From Nitrospirota bacterium (GTDB lineage Bacteria > Nitrospirota > UBA9217), in assembly GCA_021783455.1 (NCBI GenBank), contig JAJXTW010000002.1, positions 1 through 39,571 of the forward strand: 39,571 nucleotides of DNA, given 5' to 3'. The notes under the pieces were generated by a model. The model saw nothing but the letters and a program-made list of their open reading frames with translations, was not told where the DNA came from and searched no databases. Position numbers and translations under genes: made by a program. Of the stretch, positions 8,797 to 18,054 are shown one piece after another (position 1 is the first letter of the stretch; every line of letters starts with the position of its first letter).

Positions 8797-10134
8797 GTGC
8801 AAAGGGATTTCAAAGGCAAAAGAGTAACCATCGTCGGCCTGGCGCGGAGCGGGGTTGCCGCGGCGCGGGCGCTTCATGCTCTTGGTGCGATCGTTACGGT
8901 AACGGATAAAAAGCCGCTGGATCAGCTTGCAGCGCAGGCAGCGGCCCTGGGCAGCGACCGTATCGTTGTCGAAGCCGGCGGCCATCCGGACCGGGTCTTT
9001 TTTGATGCTGATCTCATTGTGCTTTCCCCGGGCGTTCCCAAGATCCCGCAGGTCGTCGCAGCACGACAGCGCGGCGTCACCGTGATCAGCGAGCTTGAAC
9101 TTGCCTGGCTGATTTCAGAATCGCCTTACGTCGGAATCACCGGAACGAACGGCAAGTCCACGGTCACGACGCTGGTGGGACTTATGCTCGAACGGGCGCG
9201 GAAGAAGGTGCTCGTTGCCGGAAATATCGGGACCGCCCTCACCGAGGATACGTCCCGGCTCAAAAAACAGGATTGGATCGTGGCCGAACTTTCGAGCTTC
9301 CAGCTTGAAGACATCGAGACCTTCCGGCCCCGCGTTGCCGCGATCCTGAACATCACGCAGGACCACCTGGACCGGTATCGCGACATGTCCGAGTACGGAG
9401 AAGCAAAGGCGAAAATCTTCCTGAACCAGCAAAAAGAGGATTTCCTTGTTCTGAACTTCGATGATCCGCTGGTAAAGTCCTACGCCGGGCGGACCTCGGC
9501 AACGGTGGTCCCTTTTTCGCGCCTGCTCCGGCATAGTCCCGGAGCCTGTGTGCTGGACAACTACCTTACCGTTAATAACCAACGCATCGTACCTGTTGAC
9601 GAGATCAGGATCAAAGGCGTGCACAATCTCGAAAATGCACTTGCCGCGTCAGCCCTGTCGATCTGCGCCGGGGCCGATGCACGGTCGGTCGCGGCCGTGC
9701 TGCGCGAGTTCCCCGGACTCGAGCACCGGCTCGAATTCGTGCGTGAAAAAGACGGCGTGACCTACATCAACGACTCCAAAGGCACGAACGTGGGCGCGGT
9801 CCTGAAGTCCGTCGAGGGGTTTGCCCGGCCGGTGATTTTGATCGCCGGCGGTCTGGATAAAGGCAGCGATTTCACTCCCCTCGCCGAACCGTTCACGCGA
9901 AAAGTGAAGCTCTTGATCCTGATCGGCAAGGCAGCGGACAAGATGGCAAAGGCGCTCGGCACGTCCACGAAGACCGTGTTCGCACAGACGCTCAAGGACG
10001 CGGTAACGCTTGCCGCAACAGGGGCTTTGCCCGGAGACGTGGTGCTGTTGTCTCCCGCATGCGCGAGCTTCGACATGTTCAAGGATTTCGAGGACCGGGG
10101 CAGACAGTTTAAGGAAGCGGTGAACGCGCTGTAG
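8797..10134 (+). CDS. murD: UDP-MurNAc-L-Ala--D-Glu ligase MurD
   Basis: VTIVGLARSGVAAARAL Rossmann N-terminus and GITGTNGKST P-loop. GTG 8797 has GGAGG at 8788-8792. The track ORF start 8752 lies inside the repeat arm. Confidence 0.9.
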   Translation: MQRDFKGKRVTIVGLARSGVAAARALHALGAIVTVTDKKPLDQLAAQAAALGSDRIVVEAGGHPDRVFFDADLIVLSPGVPKIPQVVAARQRGVTVISELELAWLISESPYVGITGTNGKSTVTTLVGLMLERARKKVLVAGNIGTALTEDTSRLKKQDWIVAELSSFQLEDIETFRPRVAAILNITQDHLDRYRDMSEYGEAKAKIFLNQQKEDFLVLNFDDPLVKSYAGRTSATVVPFSRLLRHSPGACVLDNYLTVNNQRIVPVDEIRIKGVHNLENALAASALSICAGADARSVAAVLREFPGLEHRLEFVREKDGVTYINDSKGTNVGAVLKSVEGFARPVILIAGGLDKGSDFTPLAEPFTRKVKLLILIGKAADKMAKALGTSTKTVFAQTLKDAVTLAATGALPGDVVLLSPACASFDMFKDFEDRGRQFKEAVNAL

Positions 10135-10137
10135 CGC

Positions 10138-10230
10138 GAATCCGGGGTCCGGAGTGAAGAGCCTCTGGCAGGAGAGCATAGGGCATGGCGCAATGATTTC
10201 ACTCTCTGCCCTTTGCGCTCTGCCGGATTC
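10138..10230. repeat. Intergenic hairpin element between murD and ftsW
   Basis: Perfect outer stem GAATCCGG (10138-10145) / CCGGATTC (10223-10230). Inner complementary words: GGCAGGAGAG versus CTCTCTGCC, and GAGTGAA versus TTTCACTC. Confidence 0.6.
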
Positions 10231-10239
10231 AGAGAATGC

Positions 10240-11352
10240 ATGATTAAAACAACAAGTCATACGGGGCACTACGACCGGACGCTGCTGTCCGCCGTCCTGA
10301 TGCTGCTTGTGGTGAGCGTGGTGATGGTCTACAGCTCCAGCAGCGTTGTGGCGCTCACGACCTACAATGATTCGGCGTTCTTCATGAAGCGCCAGCTCCT
10401 CTGGGGGATCGTGGGACTCGCGCTCATGGCGCTCACCATGCGCATCGATCACCGTCGATTATCGGACCGGCGTGTTGTGGCGGCGCTCATGGCGCTCTCG
10501 CTTCTCCTGCTCGCAGCGACCCTCGTCCCCGGCGTCGGCAGGATGATCAACGGATCCCGGAGATGGCTGCGGCTCGGCATGCTTTCATTTCAGCCTGCCG
10601 AGCTTGCCAAGGTTGTGCTGGTGGTGTACATGAGCTATTACATTGCCAAGAAAGACGGCCGGGTCCGCGATTTTATGAACGGGCTGGTGCCTGCCTACGT
10701 GGTGACCGCGGTATTTCTCGGCGTGGCTGTGCTCCAGCCGGACTTCGGCAGCGCCATGACGCTTGCCGGCGTTTCCGGCGTCATGCTCTTTGCGGGCGGA
10801 GCGAACGTGCTGCACCTCGGCGGAACGCTTGTGGCGGCGCTTCCCGTTATTGCCTTTGCCGTGGCGGACAAGGCGTACCGGTGGAGAAGGATCACCGCTT
10901 TCCTCAACCCCTGGTCGGACCCGCAGGGCGCGGGCCACCAGATCATCCAGTCCTTCCTGGCCTTCGGGAGCGGCGGCGTATTCGGCCGCGGGCTGGGTGA
11001 GGGGCGGCAAAAGCTCCTCTTTTTGCCGGAGCGGCACTCGGACTTCATCTACGCCGTGATCGGGGAAGAGCTGGGACTGATCGGCGCGCTCGCGGTGCTG
11101 TTCCTGTTCCTCCTCATCTTATGGAGGGGCGTACGGATCGCGCTTGCCGTGGATGATCCGTTCAGCAGACTGCTTGCGCTCGGCATCACGCTGCTCATCT
11201 GTCTTCAGGGATTGATCAATATGGCCGTGGTCACCGGGCTGCTGCCCACCAAGGGCATTGCGCTCCCGCTCGTAAGCTACGGGGGCTCGTCGCTCGTGAT
11301 CACCATGGCGGCGCTCGGTGTGCTGCTGAATATTTCGAAAGAAACGGGGTAG
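10240..11352 (+). CDS. ftsW: Peptidoglycan glycosyltransferase FtsW (SEDS family)
   Basis: Multi-TM protein with FQPAELAK and LPERHSDFIYAVIGEELG motifs. ATG at 10240; the track ORF 10213 uses a non-ATG start inside the hairpin element. Confidence 0.9.
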   Translation: MIKTTSHTGHYDRTLLSAVLMLLVVSVVMVYSSSSVVALTTYNDSAFFMKRQLLWGIVGLALMALTMRIDHRRLSDRRVVAALMALSLLLLAATLVPGVGRMINGSRRWLRLGMLSFQPAELAKVVLVVYMSYYIAKKDGRVRDFMNGLVPAYVVTAVFLGVAVLQPDFGSAMTLAGVSGVMLFAGGANVLHLGGTLVAALPVIAFAVADKAYRWRRITAFLNPWSDPQGAGHQIIQSFLAFGSGGVFGRGLGEGRQKLLFLPERHSDFIYAVIGEELGLIGALAVLFLFLLILWRGVRIALAVDDPFSRLLALGITLLICLQGLINMAVVTGLLPTKGIALPLVSYGGSSLVITMAALGVLLNISKETG

Positions 11353-11353
11353 G

Positions 11354-11373
11354 GGAATTTCGGAATGCGGAAT
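11354..11373. repeat. GGAAT stutter (GGAATTTCGGAATGCGGAAT), a half-copy of the GAATTTCGGA(A/T)T element
   Basis: GGAAT occurs at 11354, 11362 and 11369. The core GAATTTCGGAAT matches 17963-17974 at 11 of 12 positions. Confidence 0.6.
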
Positions 11374-11396
11374 AAAAAAAGAGGCGTCCCAGGAAT

Positions 11397-12479
11397 ATGA
11401 AAGTTGTCATTGCGGGCGGAGGGACAGGCGGACATCTCTATCCCGGGATCGCGATCGCCCGGGAAGTGCTGCAAGAAAGCGGCAACGAGGTCCTGTTCGT
11501 CGGGACAAAGCAGGGGATCGAAGCGAAGGTGCTTCCGCGGGAAGGACTGCCGATCCGTTTTATTTCCGTGGGAAAGCTGAAGGGGATGAAGCTTGGCGCG
11601 GTCATACGGACGATGGTCACCCTGCCGCTCAGCATTGTGCAGTCCCTCGCGCTGCTGCGCGAGAAAAGACCGGATGTGGTGATCGGCGTGGGGGGCTATT
11701 CCTCGGGGCCCGTAGCGCTTGCGGCCTGGATGTCGCGGATCCCGCTCTTCATCGTGGAGCCGAACTCCTACGCCGGACTGGCAAACAGAAAGCTGGGAAG
11801 GCTGGCCACGAAAGTGATCCTCTGCTTTCCGGGAACCGGGGCGCGGCATTTCTTTCCAGCCGGGAAAACCATAATGGCCGGCCCGCTGGTCCGGAAGGGC
11901 ATCGATCAGGGCGATCGAGAGAAGGCCTGCGCAGATTTCGGGCTTGAGGCAGGGAACTTTACGGTGTTCGTCATGGGAGGAAGCGGCGGCGCTCATGCCA
12001 TCAACGTGGCCATGAAAGAGGCGGCCCGGGAACTGAAGGAGATAAAAAATTTTCAGATCCTGCACCAGACCGGGGAAAAGGACGTTGCCGAGCTGACTGC
12101 CGGGTACCGGGACGCGGGTGTCGCCTCCGTGGTCCTTCCGTACATTCACGATATGGCCGGCGCGTATTCAGTCGCGGACCTGGTGGTCTCCCGTTCAGGC
12201 GCGACGACCGTTGCGGAGCTTGCGGTTTGCGGAAAGCGGGCAATGCTGATCCCCTTTCCCTTTGCCGCGGACAATCATCAGGAGCACAACGCGCGAACGC
12301 TGGCGAAACGGGGAATGGCGGACGTGATCGTGCAAAAGGACGTAACGCCTGCGAAACTGGCAAGCCTTATAAAAAAATACGTTGGCCAGGGGGGCGCTTC
12401 AGCAAAAGCCCCCCGCATGGAAAACACGGCGGCGGAAGAGATTGCGAGGATCTGTAAAGACTATGTTCGAACGAATTAA
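11397..12479 (+). CDS. murG: UDP-GlcNAc--undecaprenyl-PP-MurNAc-pentapeptide GlcNAc transferase MurG
   Basis: N-terminal [22 protein letters not shown]-loop, GT28 layout, and position within dcw. Confidence 0.93.
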   Translation: MKVVIAGGGTGGHLYPGIAIAREVLQESGNEVLFVGTKQGIEAKVLPREGLPIRFISVGKLKGMKLGAVIRTMVTLPLSIVQSLALLREKRPDVVIGVGGYSSGPVALAAWMSRIPLFIVEPNSYAGLANRKLGRLATKVILCFPGTGARHFFPAGKTIMAGPLVRKGIDQGDREKACADFGLEAGNFTVFVMGGSGGAHAINVAMKEAARELKEIKNFQILHQTGEKDVAELTAGYRDAGVASVVLPYIHDMAGAYSVADLVVSRSGATTVAELAVCGKRAMLIPFPFAADNHQEHNARTLAKRGMADVIVQKDVTPAKLASLIKKYVGQGGASAKAPRMENTAAEEIARICKDYVRTN

Positions 12480-13848
12480 GCATATTCATTTCGTCGGCAT
12501 CGGCGGCATCGGCATGAGCGGCATTGCCGAAGTGCTGTTGAACCTCGGTTACAAAGTGTCCGGTTCGGACATGAAAGAGTCCGATACCACGGAACGGCTT
12601 CGGAAGCTCGGGGGCGAGATCGCGATCGGCCACCGGGCCGAGAACATCACGTCGCCCCACGTGGTGGTGATCTCGTCGGCGGTAAAGAACGACAACGTGG
12701 AGGTGGTTTCCGCCCGGGAGAAGCAGGTGCCGGTGATCCCCCGGGCCGAGATGCTCGCCGAGCTCATGCGGCTCAAGTACGGCGTGGCCATCGCGGGAGC
12801 CCACGGCAAGACCACGACGACCTCAATGGTCGCGACGGTGCTCGCCGCGGGCGGCATCGACCCCACGGTCGTGATCGGCGGCAAGCTCAACAGCCTGGGA
12901 ACGAACGCCAAGCTCGGCCAGGGCGAGTTCCTCGTTGCCGAGGCTGACGAGAGCGACGGCAGTTTCCTCAAGCTTTCGCCCACGATCGCCGTAGTCACGA
13001 ATATCGACGCGGAACACCTGGACTATTACAAAGACATCGACGAGATCAAGGCCGCTTTTCTCACCTTCATCAACAAGGTGCCGTTCTACGGCGTCTCGGT
13101 GCTCTGCCTCGACCAGCCGCATATCCAGGCGCTTATTCCGTTCCTTGAGAAACGGTATCAGACCTACGGCATGAGCACCCAGGCGGACTACCAGGCTCGG
13201 GACATCTCGCTCCGGCCGCTGGGATCGACCTTCAAGGTGCTGCACCACAATGACGACCTCGGGTTCTTCGAGCTTGCCGTGCCGGGCGCGCACAACATCA
13301 GCAACAGCCTTGCCGCGATCGCCGTGGCGCGCGAACTGGACGTGGACCTGGAAATCATCAGGAAGGCGCTCAAGGAATTCAGCGGCGTGCAGCGGAGGTT
13401 CCAGATCAAGGGCGAGGCGCAGGGGGTCCTCATTGTCGACGACTACGGACACCATCCCACGGAAGTGAAGGCCACGCTCGCGGCTGCCGCGACGGGCATG
13501 GAGCGGCGCGTGGTGGTCCTGTTCCAGCCTCACCGGTACACGCGGACCCAGCATCTGCTCGAGGAGTTCTTCACCGCTTTTAACCAGGCGGACAAACTCA
13601 TCGTCATGGACATTTACGCGGCAGGAGAGAAGCCGATCCCCGGCGTGACGGGACAGGCGCTCTACGAAGGCATCAAGAAGCACGGTCACAAGGATGTCTC
13701 GTTCATCCCGGAGCGGGAGAAGATCGTCGACCACCTGGCCACGGTCCTGAAAAAGGGGGACCTCCTGATCACGCTCGGAGCAGGGGATGTGTGGAAGGTG
13801 GGGGAGCAGGTCCTGGAGAAATTGCAACATGGAGATCGCAAACTTTAA
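12463..13848 (+). CDS. murC: UDP-N-acetylmuramate--L-alanine ligase MurC
   Basis: [29 protein letters not shown] and EADESDGSF motifs. ATG 12463 overlaps the murG end by 17 nt. Confidence 0.93.
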   Translation: MFERIKHIHFVGIGGIGMSGIAEVLLNLGYKVSGSDMKESDTTERLRKLGGEIAIGHRAENITSPHVVVISSAVKNDNVEVVSAREKQVPVIPRAEMLAELMRLKYGVAIAGAHGKTTTTSMVATVLAAGGIDPTVVIGGKLNSLGTNAKLGQGEFLVAEADESDGSFLKLSPTIAVVTNIDAEHLDYYKDIDEIKAAFLTFINKVPFYGVSVLCLDQPHIQALIPFLEKRYQTYGMSTQADYQARDISLRPLGSTFKVLHHNDDLGFFELAVPGAHNISNSLAAIAVARELDVDLEIIRKALKEFSGVQRRFQIKGEAQGVLIVDDYGHHPTEVKATLAAAATGMERRVVVLFQPHRYTRTQHLLEEFFTAFNQADKLIVMDIYAAGEKPIPGVTGQALYEGIKKHGHKDVSFIPEREKIVDHLATVLKKGDLLITLGAGDVWKVGEQVLEKLQHGDRKL

Positions 13849-14737
13849 GGGTGAAATAAAGCTGCAGGAACCTCTGAGCAGGCACACGTCGTACGCCATC
13901 GGAGGGCCCGCGGACGTGTTTGCCTATCCCCTTGACCGGAATGATCTCATCGCGCTCCTTCGGGAGATCAGGGGAAACGGGCTCAGATACTTCATCCTCG
14001 GCGGCGGAACGAACCTGCTGGTGCGCGACGGAGGTTTCCGCGGCGTCGTGATCAGCCTCCAGCGCATGCAGGCCGTAAAGATCGAACGGGAGTATCGATC
14101 GATCGGCGGCGCATTTGTCGTGGTCTCTGCCGAAGCAGGCGCGCCGCTCTCCAGGCTCCTCTCCTTTGCCGTGGAAGAAGGGCTTACGGGTCTCGAGTTT
14201 GCCGCGGGAATTCCGGGCACCGTGGGCGGCGCGGTATGCATGAATGCCGGCACCGTTGCCGGAGAGTTCGGCGACGTGATTGATGCCGTGACGCTGCTCT
14301 CGCCGGGCGGCGAACTCGTCATCCGGGGCAGGGAGGAGATGGCATTCGGGTACCGGACGTGCACGATTCCCGACGGGCACCTCGTCCTCGATGCGCGAAT
14401 CATATTGCGGCGCGACGATAAGAAGAAGGTCCAGGCGCGGGTCAAGGAGCTCATCGACGCCCGGAAGCAGCGTCAGCCCGCGGGGTTGCCGAATGCGGGA
14501 TCGATTTTCAAGAACCCCCATGAGGAGTCGGCGGGCAAGTTGATCGAAACAGCGGGGCTGAAAGGAAAAACCGTGGGCAACGCCAAAGTCTCCGACAAGC
14601 ATGCCAACTTTATCGTAAACCAGGGCAATGCCAAGGCCTCGGACGTGCTGGCGCTTATGGAGCTCGTGAAGGCAAAGGTCCTTGAGGTGCATGGGGTGCG
14701 GCTTGAGCCGGAGATCAAGATCATCGGGGAAGATTGA
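13829..14737 (+). CDS. murB: UDP-N-acetylenolpyruvoylglucosamine reductase MurB
   Basis: FAD-binding N-terminus [16 protein letters not shown] and the C-terminal GSIFKNP motif. ATG 13829 overlaps the murC end by 20 nt. Confidence 0.92.
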   Translation: MEIANFKGEIKLQEPLSRHTSYAIGGPADVFAYPLDRNDLIALLREIRGNGLRYFILGGGTNLLVRDGGFRGVVISLQRMQAVKIEREYRSIGGAFVVVSAEAGAPLSRLLSFAVEEGLTGLEFAAGIPGTVGGAVCMNAGTVAGEFGDVIDAVTLLSPGGELVIRGREEMAFGYRTCTIPDGHLVLDARIILRRDDKKKVQARVKELIDARKQRQPAGLPNAGSIFKNPHEESAGKLIETAGLKGKTVGNAKVSDKHANFIVNQGNAKASDVLALMELVKAKVLEVHGVRLEPEIKIIGED

Positions 14738-14744
14738 GAAGAAA

Positions 14745-14772
14745 GGGTCAAGGGGCCGGGGTCAAGGGGCAT
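14745..14772. repeat. Tandem 14-mer GGGTCAAGGGGC(CG/AT) x2 spanning the ddl start codon
   Basis: Copies at 14745-14758 and 14759-14772. The word resembles GGGTTCAGGGGCC at 16647. Confidence 0.7.
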
Positions 14773-15691
14773 GGGGAAAATAACAAATAAGAAAATCGGC
14801 GTGTTGATGGGCGGGCTTTCATCGGAGCGGGAGGTTTCGCTCGCAACAGGCAACGCCATCCTGAAGGCCTTGCAGGAAAAAGGGTACAAGGTTGTCGCCA
14901 TCGATGTGAACCGGGATGTCGCGGAAGTGATCCGTAAGTCCGGCATCGAGATCGCATTCAACGGTTTGCACGGAAAATATGGCGAGGACGGCGCGATCCA
15001 GGGGCTGCTTGAGTTTTCCGGCATTCCTTATACGGGATCGGGAATTCTTGCAAGCTCCGTGGGCATGAACAAAATCCTGTCCAAGCTGGTATTCAAGGCC
15101 CACGGTCTGCTCGTCGGCCCGTACCTGGTCGTTCATGCGGAAAAGCGCGAGCAGCTCTCTGAAGCGCTCTCGATCATGTCGTTTCCGCTGGTGGTGAAGC
15201 CGAGTTCCGAAGGCTCCAGCGTCGGCGTGAGCCTGGTCTACCGGCACGACGAACTTGCTCCCGCGGCGGACCTTGCGTTCAAATACGATCGTGAGATCCT
15301 GGTCGAAAAATACATTACCGGCAAAGAAGTCCAGGTCGGCGTTCTGGGAGACCGGGCGCTCGGGGCTATCGAGATCGTGCCGAAGAACGTATTCTACGAC
15401 TATGAAGCGAAGTATAAGGAAGGCATGTCTGAGCACTTTTTCCCCGCCCGTGTTCCCGAGGAGGTGTACCAACGGGTGCTCCAGTCCGGCCTGGATGCGC
15501 ACCGGGCGCTGGGATGCAAGGGATACAGCAGGGTGGATTTCATCATCGACGCTGCCGGGGCGCCGTACATTCTCGAGGTGAATACCCTTCCGGGGATGAC
15601 GGCAACGAGTCTCCTGCCCGATATTGCGCGGGGAACGGGAATCTCGTTCCCCGATCTGGTGGAGGAAATCCTGCGGCTGGCGCTCGTTTAA
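14771..15691 (+). CDS. ddl: D-alanine--D-alanine ligase
   Basis: ATP-grasp layout: VLMGGLSSEREVSL, LVVKPSSEGSSVGV, EVNTLPGMT. Confidence 0.93.
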   Translation: MGKITNKKIGVLMGGLSSEREVSLATGNAILKALQEKGYKVVAIDVNRDVAEVIRKSGIEIAFNGLHGKYGEDGAIQGLLEFSGIPYTGSGILASSVGMNKILSKLVFKAHGLLVGPYLVVHAEKREQLSEALSIMSFPLVVKPSSEGSSVGVSLVYRHDELAPAADLAFKYDREILVEKYITGKEVQVGVLGDRALGAIEIVPKNVFYDYEAKYKEGMSEHFFPARVPEEVYQRVLQSGLDAHRALGCKGYSRVDFIIDAAGAPYILEVNTLPGMTATSLLPDIARGTGISFPDLVEEILRLALV

Positions 15692-15790
15692 TTGCGGATT
15701 GTGGATTTTGGATTGCGGATTTTAAAATGGATTCAACAGTGATGCGGTTTTGTTTTTGGTTCCGAAATTCTCAATCTGCAATCCGAAATT
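15690..15790. repeat. Inverted repeat with GGATT-stutter arms between ddl and ftsQ
   Basis: The left arm 15690-15718 (AATTGCGGATTGTGGATTTTGGATTGCGG) aligns with the reverse complement of 15762-15790 (AATTTCGGATTGCAGATTGAGAATTTCGG) at about 21 of 29 positions. The spacer is 43 nt. Confidence 0.7.
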
Positions 15791-15793
15791 GAT

Positions 15794-16687
15794 ATGCGAG
15801 ACTACAAGAACGTAAAAGTTCCGAAGTCATACCGAAATACATCGAACCGGATCACGGTAAAACGGGTCGATGTCGGGCGCAGCAACGCGCACACCGGGAA
15901 ACGCATTGCGGGAATCGGCGGCCTGCTGCTGAACGTCGCAGCCGTTCTTACGTTTGCGGGGGCCGGCTTTCTGGGCTGGCAGGTCTACCAAGGGGTCTTG
16001 CATGCCGACGCACTGGTGGTTTCGGGTGTGGATGTGAAAGGGGTGAGGCAACTGACCGAGGCTGATCTCAAGGACATCGTGGGCGCGTTTACGGGCCAGA
16101 ACATTTTTCGCGTAGACCTTGAAGCCGCCGCCAGGCGCGCGCGCGCGAACCCCTGGGTCAGGGAAGTCAGGATCCATCGCAGCCTTCCGAACAGGATCAC
16201 GATGGTCTTTGTCGAGCGGACGCCTGCCATGGTCCTGGATACGGGTTCGGCGCGGTACCTGCTGGATGACGAGGGCGTCATCATCGAGCGGTTGGTGAAA
16301 GAGCAGGCCCTGGCGTGGCCGCTCCCCGTTGTGGCCATCAAGGACTATCAGGGGCATCCCGGCGACCAGGTGACGTCAGAGGGGATGGCCGAAGCCATGC
16401 AGCTCCTTGCTGAAATTTCTGCGCGGGGCGGATGGCAGCTTGCCAACGTGACGATCAAGGCAAACTCGCCCGACTCGCTCAGCGTCGTGTATGCGGACCA
16501 TGAATTCAAGCTTGGAAGCGGGCGCTATGCCGAGAAGCTTCGCAGACTGGCGGAAGTGCTGGCTGACGTGCAGCAGCGCGGGATCGAAATCGCCTACGTG
16601 GACCTCCGGCCTGAACGACAGGCGGCGGCGATGGTGAAAAAAGGCAGGGTTCAGGGGCCGGGGGCCGGGGTCCGGAAAAAGCACTGA
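15794..16687 (+). CDS. ftsQ: Cell division protein FtsQ (POTRA domain)
   Basis: Single TM segment (GGLLLNVAAVLTFAGAGFLGW) followed by a POTRA-like region VSGVDVKGVRQLTEADLKDIVGAFTGQNIFRVDL. Position before ftsA. The last roughly 13 codons run through a repeat arm. Confidence 0.85.
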   Translation: MRDYKNVKVPKSYRNTSNRITVKRVDVGRSNAHTGKRIAGIGGLLLNVAAVLTFAGAGFLGWQVYQGVLHADALVVSGVDVKGVRQLTEADLKDIVGAFTGQNIFRVDLEAAARRARANPWVREVRIHRSLPNRITMVFVERTPAMVLDTGSARYLLDDEGVIIERLVKEQALAWPLPVVAIKDYQGHPGDQVTSEGMAEAMQLLAEISARGGWQLANVTIKANSPDSLSVVYADHEFKLGSGRYAEKLRRLAEVLADVQQRGIEIAYVDLRPERQAAAMVKKGRVQGPGAGVRKKH

Positions 16688-16720
16688 AGTAGTTCTTGAA
16701 CCCCGACGACTGGACCCCGG
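16647..16720. repeat. Crossing (A-B...A'-B') complementary words at the ftsQ/ftsA junction
   Basis: A = GGGTTCA 16647-16653 pairs with TGAACCC 16697-16703. B = CCGGGGTCC 16665-16673 pairs with GGACCCCGG 16712-16720. Confidence 0.65.
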
Positions 16721-16739
16721 ACGCTTCGAGGAGGATGTT

Positions 16740-17963
16740 GTGGCCAAAAAAAAGCCGGATAATGTGCTTGTGGGATTGGATCTGGGGACCACCAAGGTGT
16801 GCGCCATCGTCGGACAAGTGAAGGACGACGGGCAGGTGGACATCATCGGGATCGGCATCAGTCCTTCCCATGGTCTGAAAAAAGGCGTTGTGGTCAACAT
16901 CGACAGCACGGTGGAGTCCATCAAAAAAGCGGTGCAGGAAGCCGAGCTTATGGCCGGCGTGGAGATCGGCTCGGTCTATGTCGGCATCTCCGGCGGCCAT
17001 ATCAAAGGCATCAACTCACGCGGTGTGGCGGCGATCAAAAACCGGGAGGTGGGGCCCGCGGACGTGGCGCGGGCGATCGACGGCGCCCGGGCGGTAAACA
17101 TACCCATGGACCAGCAGATCCTCCATGTGCTCCCCCAGGAATTCATCATCGACGACCAGGACGGCATTAAGGACCCGCACGGCATGTCGGGCACCCGGCT
17201 CGACGTCAAGGTGCACATCATTACCGGCGCCGTAACCGCCATCCAGAACATCGTGAAGAGCTGCTCCCGCGCCGGGCTGCACGTGAGCGACCTGGTTCTC
17301 CAGCCACTGGCATCCTCCCGGGCCGTGCTTACGACCGAAGAGCAGGAACTGGGCGTGGTGGTCGTTGACATCGGAGGCGGGACCACGGACCTGGCGTTCT
17401 TTCTCGAGGGAAGCCTGTGGCACACCGAGGTGCTGCCCATCGGCGGGAACCACCTGACGAACGACATCGCCATCGGCCTCCGCACGCCGGCATCGGAAGC
17501 GGAGAAGATCAAGATCAAGCACGGCTGCGCCCTCTCGTCGCTCGTGAAGCATGAGGAAACGCTCGATGTTCCGAGCGTGGGAGGCAGGCCGCCCCGGCTG
17601 CTGTCGCGCCAGATCCTGTGCGAGATCATCGAGCCCCGCATGGAAGAGTTGTTCGGCATGGTGCAGCAGCGGCTGAAGAAAACAGGCTTCGAAGACATGT
17701 TCGCATCGGGCGTCGTTCTGACCGGCGGCACGGCGCTCATGGAAGGCGCCCAGGACGCGGCGGAGCGCTATCTGGGCCTGCCGATCCGGCGCGGAGCGCC
17801 GCGGAACATCGGCGGCCTCATGGACGTGGTCAACAGCCCCATCTATGCAACCGGCGTGGGCCTCGTGCTCTACGGCGCCGAAAACCTGCAGGAAGCGCCG
17901 CGGAAGTTCCGGCCCGGCGGATCAATCAATCGGTTTTGGAAGTGGCTGGGAGAATACATTTAG
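16740..17963 (+). CDS. ftsA: Cell division protein FtsA
   Basis: Actin-fold motifs VGLDLGTTKVCAIVG and DIGGGTTD. GTG start at 16740 with GGAGG at 16730-16734. Confidence 0.95.
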   Translation: MAKKKPDNVLVGLDLGTTKVCAIVGQVKDDGQVDIIGIGISPSHGLKKGVVVNIDSTVESIKKAVQEAELMAGVEIGSVYVGISGGHIKGINSRGVAAIKNREVGPADVARAIDGARAVNIPMDQQILHVLPQEFIIDDQDGIKDPHGMSGTRLDVKVHIITGAVTAIQNIVKSCSRAGLHVSDLVLQPLASSRAVLTTEEQELGVVVVDIGGGTTDLAFFLEGSLWHTEVLPIGGNHLTNDIAIGLRTPASEAEKIKIKHGCALSSLVKHEETLDVPSVGGRPPRLLSRQILCEIIEPRMEELFGMVQQRLKKTGFEDMFASGVVLTGGTALMEGAQDAAERYLGLPIRRGAPRNIGGLMDVVNSPIYATGVGLVLYGAENLQEAPRKFRPGGSINRFWKWLGEYI

Positions 17964-17964
17964 A

Positions 17965-18041
17965 ATTTCGGATTTTAGATTTTGGATTGCGGAATGAACG
18001 TCTTTATCGATTTTTTTAATCCGAAATCCGCAATCCGCAAT
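17965..18041. repeat. Inverted repeat with GGATT/GCGGA-stutter arms between ftsA and ftsZ
   Basis: The left arm 17965-17989 (ATTTCGGATTTTAGATTTTGGATTG) aligns with the reverse complement of 18017-18041 (ATTGCGGATTGCGGATTTCGGATTA) at 19 of 25 positions. The spacer is 27 nt. Confidence 0.7.
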
Positions 18042-18054
18042 ACCCGGAGGGTTT

